Source of the DNA: Candidatus Micrarchaeia archaeon
GTDB taxonomy: Archaea; Micrarchaeota; Micrarchaeia; Micrarchaeales; CABMGC01
Direction of reading: 5' to 3'
Assembly (NCBI GenBank): GCA_049966395.1
Contig: JBMFUT010000004.1
Location: 1-30,242, forward strand
DNA length: 30,242 nt
Part shown: positions 1-9,122 of the stretch, piece by piece
How positions within the stretch are numbered: the stretch's first letter is position 1
Layout: every line of letters begins with the position of its first letter
Made by a program: the position numbers and the translations under genes
The notes under the pieces: model-generated
What the model was told of the DNA's origin: nothing
Databases searched by the model: none
The model's input: only the letters and a program-made list of their open reading frames with translations

Positions 1-1
1 G

Positions 2-56
2 TTCGCTTTCATCCCACCTCTAAAGAGTGTGGGATTTCTCGCTCACATTGTTAAAT
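2..56. mobile_element. IS200/IS605-family-like subterminal hairpin end, copy 1; the element may continue beyond the left edge
   Basis: Hairpin ATCCCAC-CTC-TAAA-GAG-T-GTGGGAT (11-35), flanked by TTCGCTTT and ...GCTCACATTGTTAAAT. Collinear with 11123-11177. Architecture resembles IS200/IS605 (TnpB/IscB-type) ends. Confidence 0.6.
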
Positions 57-80
57 ATTAAATGGTTGCATATAAAAGAT

Positions 81-446
81 ATGCATATCTTGATAATAGA
101 CACAAGCTCGATACTGTTCTGCCTCTCGAACAACATAGACCTGCTCAGTGCTGTGAATGAGGCTTTCCCAGGTTATGGCATCGCTGTCTCAAAAGGAATA
201 ATCAAGGAGCTGAATGGATTAAGCAATAGCAGGAAGAGGTCAGCCAGATACGCAGGCATAGCAGTAAGGATGCTAAAGCGCGCAAATGCGTACGTTTTCG
301 AAAACGATGAGAACGCAGACAGATGGCTTATAGAGATAGCCGGGCCTGACAAGACGATATGTACCAATGATTCAAAGCTAAGGCGTGCGCTTAGGGCAAG
401 AGGAGCAAATGTCGTAAGCGTTGCGCGCGATGGGAAGCTCAGATGA
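81..446 (+). CDS. PIN-domain protein (Fcf1/Utp24-like), as usually found upstream of rpoE'
   Basis: IIDTS, IIKEL, ENAD and ICTND acidic PIN motifs; position before rpoE'. ATG at 81 preferred over GTG at 27, which lies inside the hairpin. Confidence 0.8.
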   Translation: MHILIIDTSSILFCLSNNIDLLSAVNEAFPGYGIAVSKGIIKELNGLSNSRKRSARYAGIAVRMLKRANAYVFENDENADRWLIEIAGPDKTICTNDSKLRRALRARGANVVSVARDGKLR

Positions 447-525
447 GCGCAAACAAACCCTTTTTATATTTTTTTAAGTCAATTATATCCGTAATCTCCT
501 GTTTTGAAAGCTTTGAGTTGATAGA

Positions 526-1101
526 GTGTACTATACTTATACGATAAAGGACACTATAGGAATACCTCCCGAATATTTCAGCACCGACGTCCAGGAATCG
601 GCAAAGGAGATGCTGCGCAAGAAGTATGAAAGGATCGTCGACAAGGACATTGGAATAATACTGGCAGTGTTCAACGTTAGAGATATAAGCGATGGCACCA
701 TATTGCCAGGCGACCCGGCGGTGCATCACGATGTAACTTTTGACGTGCTAGCGTTCAATCTGGAGGTCGAAGAAATAATTACAGGGGAAGTGTCAGAGAT
801 GGCAGAATTTGGATGCTTCGTCAGGATCGGACCTGTTGACGGACTGGTGCACATGTCCCAAATAATAGACGAGTTTGTTAACTTTGACAGGAAAACGGGC
901 ATGTTCACTTCGAAATCGACAAACAGGACGCTCAAAAAAGGCGACGAGGTATATGCCAAGGTTTCTACAATAAGCATGAAGAACAGTATAAAAGACATAA
1001 AAGTGGCTTTGACAATGAGGCCCGATGGGCTCGGGAAGCTTGAGTGGCTTACTGAGGAGCCTAAGGAAAGAAGGCCGCAAGTAAAGAGAAGAAGAAAATA
1101 G
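526..1101 (+). CDS. rpoE1: DNA-directed RNA polymerase subunit E' (Rpo7)
   Basis: IGIPP N-terminus, GTILPGD, S1 domain FGCFVRIGPVDGLVHMSQI, and LTMRPDGLGKLEW. Confidence 0.95.
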   Translation: MYYTYTIKDTIGIPPEYFSTDVQESAKEMLRKKYERIVDKDIGIILAVFNVRDISDGTILPGDPAVHHDVTFDVLAFNLEVEEIITGEVSEMAEFGCFVRIGPVDGLVHMSQIIDEFVNFDRKTGMFTSKSTNRTLKKGDEVYAKVSTISMKNSIKDIKVALTMRPDGLGKLEWLTEEPKERRPQVKRRRK

Positions 1102-1108
1102 GGATTAG

Positions 1109-1297
1109 ATGGACAAGGCTTGCAAGAAGTGCAGACTCATAATATCGCAGGGTGACGTATGCCCAGTATGCGGCTCCACGGATTTGACAACCAAGTGGAG
1201 CGGCTACGTGGTGATACTCAATGCTGAAAAGTCAGAGGTAGCCAAGAAGCTTGGCATCGCTGTCAATGGCACTTATGCCCTAAACATAAACGACTAG
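1109..1297 (+). CDS. spt4: Transcription elongation factor Spt4 (RpoE'')
   Basis: KACKKC...CPVCG Zn ribbon, WSGYVVIL...SEVAKKLGI...G-YAL; directly after rpoE'. Confidence 0.95.
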   Translation: MDKACKKCRLIISQGDVCPVCGSTDLTTKWSGYVVILNAEKSEVAKKLGIAVNGTYALNIND

Positions 1298-2016
1298 GCT
1301 CCTTGCTCCTGTTCCTTGGATGCTGCCTGCTTACCCACTTTGTCTCTTGAATAGGTTTCCCTTATTTCTATGCGTTTTATTCCTTCTATATACTTGAAAA
1401 GCGCTTCCAAGAACATGTTTTTGTTTACAAAATAGTCGCTGCTTTCCTTGTCTACTTCTTCACTTACCGCTAGGGTTGCGGCGCCATTTTCCACAGACAC
1501 ACTAGCGGCCTTAATAGAATAGCTTTCGGCAAGCGCTTCTACTTTGGCCTTGTCGCCTTCTATCTTTTCAACTACCTTGAGCTCGTATATCAGCTTTTCT
1601 CCTGCAAGCTCGTGATTTGCATCTACCAGCACCCTGCCTGAATTTATGCTCCTTACAGTAGCTACAACGCCATCAAGATTAAGTCTCATTCCAGGGTATG
1701 GATTTATGTCCCTGCTTCTCAAGTCTGAAAGAGGCATCACCCTTACGAGCTCGGGATCCCTTTCGCCGAATGCATCCTTCGGCTCTAGCTCTATCCTCTC
1801 AGTCTTGTTCAATTCCATTTTCCTGAGCGCTGCGTCGACGCCTTTTACGACGCTGCCCTTGCCTACTACAACCAGTTGGGGAGTGTATTTTGCTTCGCTG
1901 CTGTAGATGTTGCTCTTTTCTGCAAGCTGCTTGTCTGTGGTGTAAAGCAGACTGTTGTCTGCAGCGCGCCACATGCTGTATTCCACTTTTAGGAAGTCTC
2001 CTTCTTTGAAAGCCAT
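1294..2016 (-). CDS. slyD: Long-type archaeal FKBP peptidyl-prolyl isomerase (SlyD/FKBP26-like)
   Basis: GDFLKVEY, VVVGKGSVVKGVD, PKDAFGERDPEL, GRVLVDANHELAG, with a C-terminal extension. Start moved to the ATG at 2016 (MAFKEGD). Confidence 0.9.
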   Translation of the reverse strand: MAFKEGDFLKVEYSMWRAADNSLLYTTDKQLAEKSNIYSSEAKYTPQLVVVGKGSVVKGVDAALRKMELNKTERIELEPKDAFGERDPELVRVMPLSDLRSRDINPYPGMRLNLDGVVATVRSINSGRVLVDANHELAGEKLIYELKVVEKIEGDKAKVEALAESYSIKAASVSVENGAATLAVSEEVDKESSDYFVNKNMFLEALFKYIEGIKRIEIRETYSRDKVGKQAASKEQEQGA

Positions 2017-2125
2017 GAAATCACTAGTATAAAGTTTTATATTTATATTCCTAATACTTCTACCTATAAATGCACTCAAAATGTTGCACATTATATTGAG
2101 TGAAAAAAATTAAAAGGATGCGCTT

Positions 2126-2746
2126 ATGGAAAGGATATCCTTGTTTAAGCTCGTAGGGGCAATATTTATAGCCGTGATATTCGTCGCTTCTTATGCTTCG
2201 TTCAGCAGCAACTCTTCTGCGCCGGCGGCTAGAACTACAACTGTTACCAGCATCGCATACCTGCCGCAGTACGGGGCTTCTGAAGTCAACGCCAGCATAA
2301 CTGGATACTCTTCAGTTTTTTCTATCGACGCAGTTTGCAATGCCATGGCAGTACAGAACGGCGTAAGTGCGATCCTTAACAAACTTGAAAGCAATGGCAG
2401 CGTAAGCAACTACTATTCCCCAAGCAACAGCACTATCTCAGTGCAATCGGGAAGCATGAACTCAAGCGAAATCTACAATTACGTTTCCAGGTCGTTGAAC
2501 GGTACTGCTATGAATTGCACCAGGTTTTCAGGGCAGGCGTCAATAGCGCTTCCAGACAAGATAGGATTCACTGTTGACAAATATAGCTTTGTGGCAACTG
2601 TGCCGCAGCAGCAGGACACCTACTATATACCTATTTACATAAATTCCACCGCCCACAAAAACGCGCTCGTAAAGGTTGCGGCGCTCTTTACGCCTAACGG
2701 AACCATATATGGCAACCTTAGCGTCACTCTCATAAGGGTGCAATAA
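2126..2746 (+). CDS. Membrane-anchored or secreted Ser/Thr/Asn-rich protein
   Basis: N-terminal hydrophobic helix and many N-x-S/T sequons; TAATG coupling to gltX. Confidence 0.75.
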   Translation: MERISLFKLVGAIFIAVIFVASYASFSSNSSAPAARTTTVTSIAYLPQYGASEVNASITGYSSVFSIDAVCNAMAVQNGVSAILNKLESNGSVSNYYSPSNSTISVQSGSMNSSEIYNYVSRSLNGTAMNCTRFSGQASIALPDKIGFTVDKYSFVATVPQQQDTYYIPIYINSTAHKNALVKVAALFTPNGTIYGNLSVTLIRVQ

Positions 2747-4458
2747 TGCCTTCAGACATAGAAAAGATAGCTAGGAAAATTGCCCTGAAGAACGCGCACG
2801 ACTATGGTAAGGCTTCTGTGAGCGCAGTGCTCGGCAAGCTTCTTTCTGCAGCACCAGAAAGCAAGTCTGATGTGAAAAAAACCGCGGAGCTTGTAGAAAA
2901 AGTTGTTAATGAGGTAAACGCGCTTAGCAGCATCGAAATCGAAAACGAGTTCAAGAACTACGAGGAAGAATTCAGAATAGCTGAGAAGGAGAAGGAAAAA
3001 CGAACAGCAAAACCAAGAATGGAGCTCGAAGGCGCAGTCGAAGGCAATTTCGCTACAAGATTTCCACCAGAGCCCAACGGATACATGCACATAGGCCACG
3101 CCAAGGCAGCTTTCCTAGAAAGCGAGTTCGCAAAAATTTACAAAGGCAAGCTGTTTCTTTATTTCGATGACACCAACCCTGAAGCAGAGAGACAGGAGTT
3201 TGCCGACGCGATAAAACGCGACCTCGACTGGCTTGGGATAAAATTCGACAAGGAGTATTATGCGAGCGACAACATAGAGATGCAGTACAAATATGCAGAA
3301 AAGCTCATTGCCGAAGGCAATGCTTATGTTTGCAGCTGTACTAAAGAGGAAATGCAGAAAGACAGGATGGCTAAAACAGAATGCGTGCACAGGAAGCAGA
3401 GCGCAAAAGAAAATCTGCGCCTGTGGCAGGAAATGCTTTCTGGCAAGATGGATGAAAACTCTGCCGTCCTGAGGCTTGCAGGCGACATGAAATCGGTAAA
3501 TACTGTAATGAGGGACCCTGTGCTCTTTAGGATTAAAAAACATGGGCACTACAGGCAGAAAAACAAGTACATAGTGTGGCCTACGTACAACTTCAATACT
3601 CCCGTAATAGATTCTGTATACGGCGTAACTGACGTGATAAGGAGCAAAGAGTATGAATTGAGGGACGAGCTTTACGTCACTTTGCTGAATATGCTTGGCC
3701 TAAGGCAGCCAAGGATACATTCTATAGCAAGGCTTGAAATAGAAGGCAACATAACTTCCAAGCGAAAGCTCAACAAGCTGATAAAGCAGGGGTTGCTTAA
3801 GGGCTATGATGATCCGAGGCTCATAACCATAGCTGCCTTAAGAAGAAGAGGCATAGCTCCGGAGGCGATTAGGGACTTTGTACTAAGGTTTGGGATGAGC
3901 AAGGCAAACAGCACTGTGAGCATAGACATGCTCCTCGCAGAAAACAGGAAGATTTTAGACAGCAAGGCAAAGAGGCTTTTCATGGTGAAGGATCCCGTTC
4001 CGCTTGAGGTGGAAGGGATAGGGAGCATGCACGTGAAGCTAAGGATGCATCCAGACTATGATTTAGGTTACAGGGAATACGATGTTGGAAGTTCATTCTT
4101 TATAAGCGGAAAAGATGCCAAGGAGCTTTCGACCGGGGAGAAGATAAGGATGAAGGACTTGTACAACGTTGAGATATTGAGCTTGGGCGACAGCATAATG
4201 ACGCGGTTCATAGGCAACGAAAGCATCGATGCTAAAAAACTGCAATGGATATCCGCAGGCAATTACATTTCATGCACACTCGAGCACATAGGAAGGCTAA
4301 TGATAGGGGAGGAATTCAACATGAAGAGCCTAGAGGAGTCAAAAGGCTATGTGGAGAGCGCAGCGGCCAGCCTCGATGAAGGCGATGTCGTGCAGTTTGA
4401 GAGGGAAGGATTCTTCAAGCTTGATGACAAAGCTGGCGAGAAATTCATAAGCCTATAA
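2746..4458 (+). CDS. gltX: Glutamyl-tRNA synthetase (archaeal type)
   Basis: TRFPPEPNGYMHIGHAKA (HIGH), FDDTNP, TSKR (KMSKS equivalent), DDPRL, QFEREGF. Confidence 0.97.
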   Translation: MPSDIEKIARKIALKNAHDYGKASVSAVLGKLLSAAPESKSDVKKTAELVEKVVNEVNALSSIEIENEFKNYEEEFRIAEKEKEKRTAKPRMELEGAVEGNFATRFPPEPNGYMHIGHAKAAFLESEFAKIYKGKLFLYFDDTNPEAERQEFADAIKRDLDWLGIKFDKEYYASDNIEMQYKYAEKLIAEGNAYVCSCTKEEMQKDRMAKTECVHRKQSAKENLRLWQEMLSGKMDENSAVLRLAGDMKSVNTVMRDPVLFRIKKHGHYRQKNKYIVWPTYNFNTPVIDSVYGVTDVIRSKEYELRDELYVTLLNMLGLRQPRIHSIARLEIEGNITSKRKLNKLIKQGLLKGYDDPRLITIAALRRRGIAPEAIRDFVLRFGMSKANSTVSIDMLLAENRKILDSKAKRLFMVKDPVPLEVEGIGSMHVKLRMHPDYDLGYREYDVGSSFFISGKDAKELSTGEKIRMKDLYNVEILSLGDSIMTRFIGNESIDAKKLQWISAGNYISCTLEHIGRLMIGEEFNMKSLEESKGYVESAAASLDEGDVVQFEREGFFKLDDKAGEKFISL

Positions 4459-4469
4459 GGGTAAGCACA

Positions 4470-5087
4470 ATGGCTGTAGATTACATAAACCAGAGGGCAG
4501 GCGCCGCGGAATTTTATGAGCTTAGGAAGATAGTTGACGAGGGATGGCAAAGCAAGGGCATCGGCCTTGATGAACACGAGATTGCAAGACTTGGGGAGCA
4601 TGCAGCAAGGGTAAGGGGCATGCTAGGCAGCCTTGAATACGAGATCACGTGCATGCCTGTGCTAATAAAAAATGCCAAGCACATGAGCATCGAGGAGCGC
4701 ACCGAGTATATAGACGCGCTTGAAAGCATAATGTTCGGGCTAAGGGAAGAATTTGGCGACGCGCTTTTGGTGCCGCTTATCTATGGCATAATATCAAAAT
4801 CAAAAAACCTCGAAAGCATGAAAAGGTACATTGAAGCGACAGGAAGGATTTTTTTAGAGAAGCAGGCGAGACTGGAAAGATCACTTTATAGCAACCAGAA
4901 AAAGATAGCTAGGCTGCTGGCAGTGCAGCGCGGCTACGAGTCCAGCTTACTGCGCTTTTTCATGCGAAAAAGGATAGTGTATTTGAAAAGGAAAATAGAC
5001 TTGAGGCTTAAGAAGTCCGCCACGATAGAGGCAAAAATAAGCAAATACCGCTCAATTGCGACCAAGGTTAGCGGGCACAGCAAATAG
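4470..5087 (+). CDS. Hypothetical helical protein with basic C-terminus
   Basis: 205-aa ORF 11 nt after gltX; its stop abuts the stop of the convergent gene. Confidence 0.7.
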   Translation: MAVDYINQRAGAAEFYELRKIVDEGWQSKGIGLDEHEIARLGEHAARVRGMLGSLEYEITCMPVLIKNAKHMSIEERTEYIDALESIMFGLREEFGDALLVPLIYGIISKSKNLESMKRYIEATGRIFLEKQARLERSLYSNQKKIARLLAVQRGYESSLLRFFMRKRIVYLKRKIDLRLKKSATIEAKISKYRSIATKVSGHSK

Positions 5088-5858
5088 TTAGCCTATCGCG
5101 CGCAGTATGCTGTCCTTCTGCTTTGCTTCTGCAGCGGCTATGACGCTTTTAAGTTTCTCCAATTCTGAGCGGGCGCTTTCGTAGAAGCGTCGGGCCTCGG
5201 TGACATCCTTGGAGAATTCTACTGTGCTCTCGGCAAGATTATTCGAATTGCCTATCTTTTCAAGCAGTGATTTGGCTTTTGATTCTATCCTTTCGGACTT
5301 TTTAATATAATGAATCAGTTTGCCAAGCATTGCTTCCTCTGAATGTCTGAATGTGGGCTCCCAATCTATGAAGCGCATAGCATAAGAATAAATTTCGTCC
5401 CTGCTTTTTGCAGACTTGGCCGAGTTCAGCAGCAGCGAAAAGTCATCATTCCTCGCTTTAGAATATTCCTCCAGGAACTTTTTGCCTATCGCTGTCTGGC
5501 TGTTTGCATATGTGTAATTATTTACCTTGCCGATGAGCTCAGAATATGCATAATTTATTTCCTTCATTATTTCCTCTGCATTTTTCTTCTTGCTTGTGTC
5601 AGGATGGTACTCCTTCACCTTTTTGATGTATGCGTTCCTTATTGCAATTTTGTCTCTTGTGGGCTTTATCCCGAGTTTGCTAAAATGATTCGCAAGGCTA
5701 GCATCAGCCAAGCTGGACCCGGCAAGATTTGATATCTGATTGCTCAAAATTGAGCTTGCCCTCTTCTCTTCTGAGATTATGCGAAAGACTTCCTTTTGGG
5801 CCTTTTTGGCAGAGTATTCTCGGAGCGCTCTTGAAAGCTTGCCAATTAGTTCGTTCAT
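5088..5858 (-). CDS. Class C J-domain protein (internal DnaJ domain)
   Basis: HFSKLGI...IRNAYIKKVKEYHPD...AEEIMKEINYAYSEL; no G/F region or Zn finger. Confidence 0.85.
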   Translation of the reverse strand: MNELIGKLSRALREYSAKKAQKEVFRIISEEKRASSILSNQISNLAGSSLADASLANHFSKLGIKPTRDKIAIRNAYIKKVKEYHPDTSKKKNAEEIMKEINYAYSELIGKVNNYTYANSQTAIGKKFLEEYSKARNDDFSLLLNSAKSAKSRDEIYSYAMRFIDWEPTFRHSEEAMLGKLIHYIKKSERIESKAKSLLEKIGNSNNLAESTVEFSKDVTEARRFYESARSELEKLKSVIAAAEAKQKDSILRAIG

Positions 5859-6073
5859 CTAATTATCATTGTTGTTAATTTTATATTAATCTATGCAAGT
5901 GCTTGAGGGGACAAATAAGCTTACGAAAATGACAATAAATAAGGTAAACGGCTCAGATTGAACAAATACCCGAACGCTGCGCAATGGTGCCAATAGAAAG
6001 GGTTTTTAGCAGTAACTAGCCATATATTATTGGTTTTACGGATTTTAATTTTCAATTTGCATAAGTGGAGGCA

Positions 6074-6838
6074 ATGGAAATATGTTTGGTCAAGAGGCGC
6101 GAATACAAGGAGCTTGAAGAGTTATACAATGCCTTTAAGGTATCAAAGAATGGCAAGGTATGTATTGCAGTAGGCGGCGATGGCACTTTCATAAGAGCCG
6201 CTAGGGCCTTTAATCGCCCCATATTGCCTATTTACGGCAACGACAAACTTAGCACCGGTTTCTACTCAGACTTGAATTTGTCAGACATAAAAATGGCAGC
6301 GGAGAAGCTTAAAAAAGGGGATTACATTGTTGAAGAGATATCCAAGAAAATTGAAATAAAATTTAAAAGCAAACGCTACTATGCAATTAATGAGGCGCTG
6401 CTGCGCAACATTTCTGAAGAGATTGCGTTTTCAGTGTATGAAAATGAGAATGGCAAAAGGCGTCAGCTGTATCCGTTTGTTATGAGCGGTGACGGGTTGC
6501 TCGTCTCGAGCGCAGTAGGCTCAACAGCTTATAACCGCGCTGCAGGAGGTCCGATAATATTGGACAAAGATATCATATGCATGACCTTCATAAACATAGA
6601 CGGTCCTTACTCGAATCCGATAGTCGCGAAGAGCAGTGCGCATTTCGAGGTTGAAATAGTGAAAAACTCAGGAGTGCTAAGCGCAGATGGTAACAAGATA
6701 GCCACGCTGCACAAGGGTGATCACTTTTCTGTTAGCGCCTCCAGTCTGCCAGTAAGGGTGGTCAGATTCGAAGGAAAGCGCGAAACATTCTCAGAAAAAC
6801 TGGAAAAGATAATAAGAAGAAGGATGAGCAAGAGGTGA
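6074..6838 (+). CDS. nadK: NAD(+)/NADH kinase
   Basis: GGDGT, INE, GDG and GSTAY-xx-AAGGP motifs; GGAGG precedes the ATG at 6074. Confidence 0.9.
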   Translation: MEICLVKRREYKELEELYNAFKVSKNGKVCIAVGGDGTFIRAARAFNRPILPIYGNDKLSTGFYSDLNLSDIKMAAEKLKKGDYIVEEISKKIEIKFKSKRYYAINEALLRNISEEIAFSVYENENGKRRQLYPFVMSGDGLLVSSAVGSTAYNRAAGGPIILDKDIICMTFINIDGPYSNPIVAKSSAHFEVEIVKNSGVLSADGNKIATLHKGDHFSVSASSLPVRVVRFEGKRETFSEKLEKIIRRRMSKR

Positions 6839-6842
6839 ATAT

Positions 6843-7703
6843 TTGCTTGAAGTGATAGATCCTATAATAAAAAAGTACAACTTGCCGCCATGGGTCAAAC
6901 TGTATGCTGCAAAGTATATAAAGAAGAACCCAAGCAAGGTCATAAGTGCGGCCTTCGGCTTTGTTAATTACGGCAGGAAAAAGGGCGCGATATCAGGCGG
7001 AAAGATAATACTCCCGAACAAGTATGAATTTGACATTGACACTGTTGCGTACATATCTGAGCTTTTCCTATATGGGGACAGAAAGCTTGCTGAAATAGCC
7101 ACCATATGGTCAAGCAGGCAGATGGATCCTTATAAGGATCACTACGCAAAGCTTTCGAAAGCCTATGAAAGCGATGCGCATGCAATTAACAGCCTCCTGG
7201 AAGGGCTCAAGAAAAAACCGAACTTTGAGCCGACAAAAGAATTGGAGGAGCTTTTCGCATACATCAAAGGCATAGACAATGCTTACATGAGAATTGTCGC
7301 GCTCGATTTCATAATAAAATATGCTTATGCTAAGACTTTCGGCAGCGTCTTCTTCAAGGCGTTTTATCCTGTTTCTCCAGAATTCATGCGGCAGCTCAAG
7401 AGCGTATTGAATTACAACTCTGGCGAATTTTCTTTCGGCGAAGCCGAAGCAATGAGAATAATAAAAGAGAAGGTCATACCTGAAACCGAATTGTTGGAGT
7501 CTGCAAAAAGGATACTTATGCTCATATGCAATTCTATAAAAAGCGAGATGCAAATAGCAAAGAAAGCTGGAATTGCAACAGAGATATCGCTGCTTGGCGA
7601 GGTATCTATAGCATATCCGCTGCATATCATTGCGGATGCTGGAGTAAGCATATCCCCGGATGCTGAAGCAGAAAGCATTTTTTCTCAATGCGGATGGCAA
7701 TAG
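6843..7703 (+). CDS. Hypothetical helical protein, possibly a degenerate ferritin-like fold
   Basis: TTG start just after GAGGTGA (SD overlapping the nadK stop). The fold guess comes from helix pattern only. Confidence 0.65.
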   Translation: MLEVIDPIIKKYNLPPWVKLYAAKYIKKNPSKVISAAFGFVNYGRKKGAISGGKIILPNKYEFDIDTVAYISELFLYGDRKLAEIATIWSSRQMDPYKDHYAKLSKAYESDAHAINSLLEGLKKKPNFEPTKELEELFAYIKGIDNAYMRIVALDFIIKYAYAKTFGSVFFKAFYPVSPEFMRQLKSVLNYNSGEFSFGEAEAMRIIKEKVIPETELLESAKRILMLICNSIKSEMQIAKKAGIATEISLLGEVSIAYPLHIIADAGVSISPDAEAESIFSQCGWQ

Positions 7704-7706
7704 CAT

Positions 7707-9122
7707 TCACGCCTTGACTCCAAGCTCCTTGAGCAGCGCGCGAATTATTTCCTTTTTGCCGCTTTCGTCCTTCAGTTTTATGCTAAGGGCGCTTTTGTGA
7801 CCTCCTGATGATTCCACATCTTCGTAGCTATCCTTTATCCGTTTGGCTGCCGCAAGCAGGTCTATTTTGTCGCCGGCACCGCCAGATGCGCGCATTGATA
7901 TGTATTTTCCAAAATGAAGCACGAGCAGCGAAGGCCCTTTGCTTAGGGATGATATGCGCTCCATGAGCTTTGACGCAAATCTCCCTGGCAACGGATATTT
8001 AGTATCGCTGTCTATGCCTTCCCTCAGCTTGCCAAAGTCCAGAAGGAATATTTTCACGGCACCGCTGTACTGTTTTGCCGATACAAGCGCGCCGTCAAGG
8101 AATTCTGACATGTGGCTGTGAGCGTATCTTAGCAGGCTTTCCTTTTTTTCCGGGTCCTTTAGCACGTTGGCTATTTCTGCTGGAGTCAGGTTGTCATCAT
8201 ATGAGCTTATTGCGACCCTCTTGTAGCTTGTAAGCAGGTCAAGTATGTCAGCAAGCTCGCTACCGCACTTGTCGTGCTTGCAGTATATACTGTAGTCGCC
8301 GCACAGCGAAGCGTTCTGCATGCATGAAAAATCTGCACCGCTGAATGATTTGCTTAATTCGCACGCCAGAAAGCCGGCGGTGTAGTTGGAATCGCCTCCA
8401 AACATCCACGGGTTCATGTATTCGGCGCTTCCGGCATCAAAGCCTTCAGGCATAGGATGGTGGTCCAGCCATATGATATCAAATTTCTCTTGCGCCTTGC
8501 GTATGCCTTCGTTGCTTTCGGGGCTTGTGCCAAAGTCTATTATCATCAAAAGAGGGCGTTCCACGCTTTCCATGTTGCCTATTGTCAGGATGTCCTCCAT
8601 GGCGTCACTGAGGGTATATGAAACACCCCTGTGCATTTTCCAGAATATCTTTGGCTTGAAAGAAAAGTAGCTACTTGAAAGCAGCTCCTCTGTTGCTGTA
8701 TATAGGCCGTATGCGCCGCTTGCGCCGTCTGCGTCGTTATGAAATCTAACTATTATCGGTGCTGCAAGAAAAACTTTCTTCATGAACGTCTTTGCGGCAG
8801 AATCCAGCATCTTTTGCATAGAAGAGGTGATGCTGTCCAAATCTGCATTTCCGAATTTCTCGCGCTTGACAAAGCTTCTGTTTGCATAGGAAAGTGCAGC
8901 TTTTATGATTTTTTTGCCTCCCGATTTGCCAATGTGATCTGTTGCGATAATTTTGGCACTGTCTTCTACTTCTGCTTTGAAGTGCTCGCCAAGCTTTAGC
9001 ATCGAGTCCGCAGCGCCTTGGATTAGTTTGACAGAGTTGCTACTTGAGCAGATAACTGTATACAGGTCGCTCTTATAACTGGCTCCGTGCTTTATTCCAA
9101 CTACTATTGCATCTTGCATCAA
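7707..9122 (-). CDS. DHH-family phosphoesterase, archaeal RecJ/HAN-like
   Basis: RFHNDADG, IIDFGT, LDHH, YMNP, and DHHA1 motif SGGHKSA. Confidence 0.85.
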   Translation of the reverse strand: MMQDAIVVGIKHGASYKSDLYTVICSSSNSVKLIQGAADSMLKLGEHFKAEVEDSAKIIATDHIGKSGGKKIIKAALSYANRSFVKREKFGNADLDSITSSMQKMLDSAAKTFMKKVFLAAPIIVRFHNDADGASGAYGLYTATEELLSSSYFSFKPKIFWKMHRGVSYTLSDAMEDILTIGNMESVERPLLMIIDFGTSPESNEGIRKAQEKFDIIWLDHHPMPEGFDAGSAEYMNPWMFGGDSNYTAGFLACELSKSFSGADFSCMQNASLCGDYSIYCKHDKCGSELADILDLLTSYKRVAISSYDDNLTPAEIANVLKDPEKKESLLRYAHSHMSEFLDGALVSAKQYSGAVKIFLLDFGKLREGIDSDTKYPLPGRFASKLMERISSLSKGPSLLVLHFGKYISMRASGGAGDKIDLLAAAKRIKDSYEDVESSGGHKSALSIKLKDESGKKEIIRALLKELGVKA

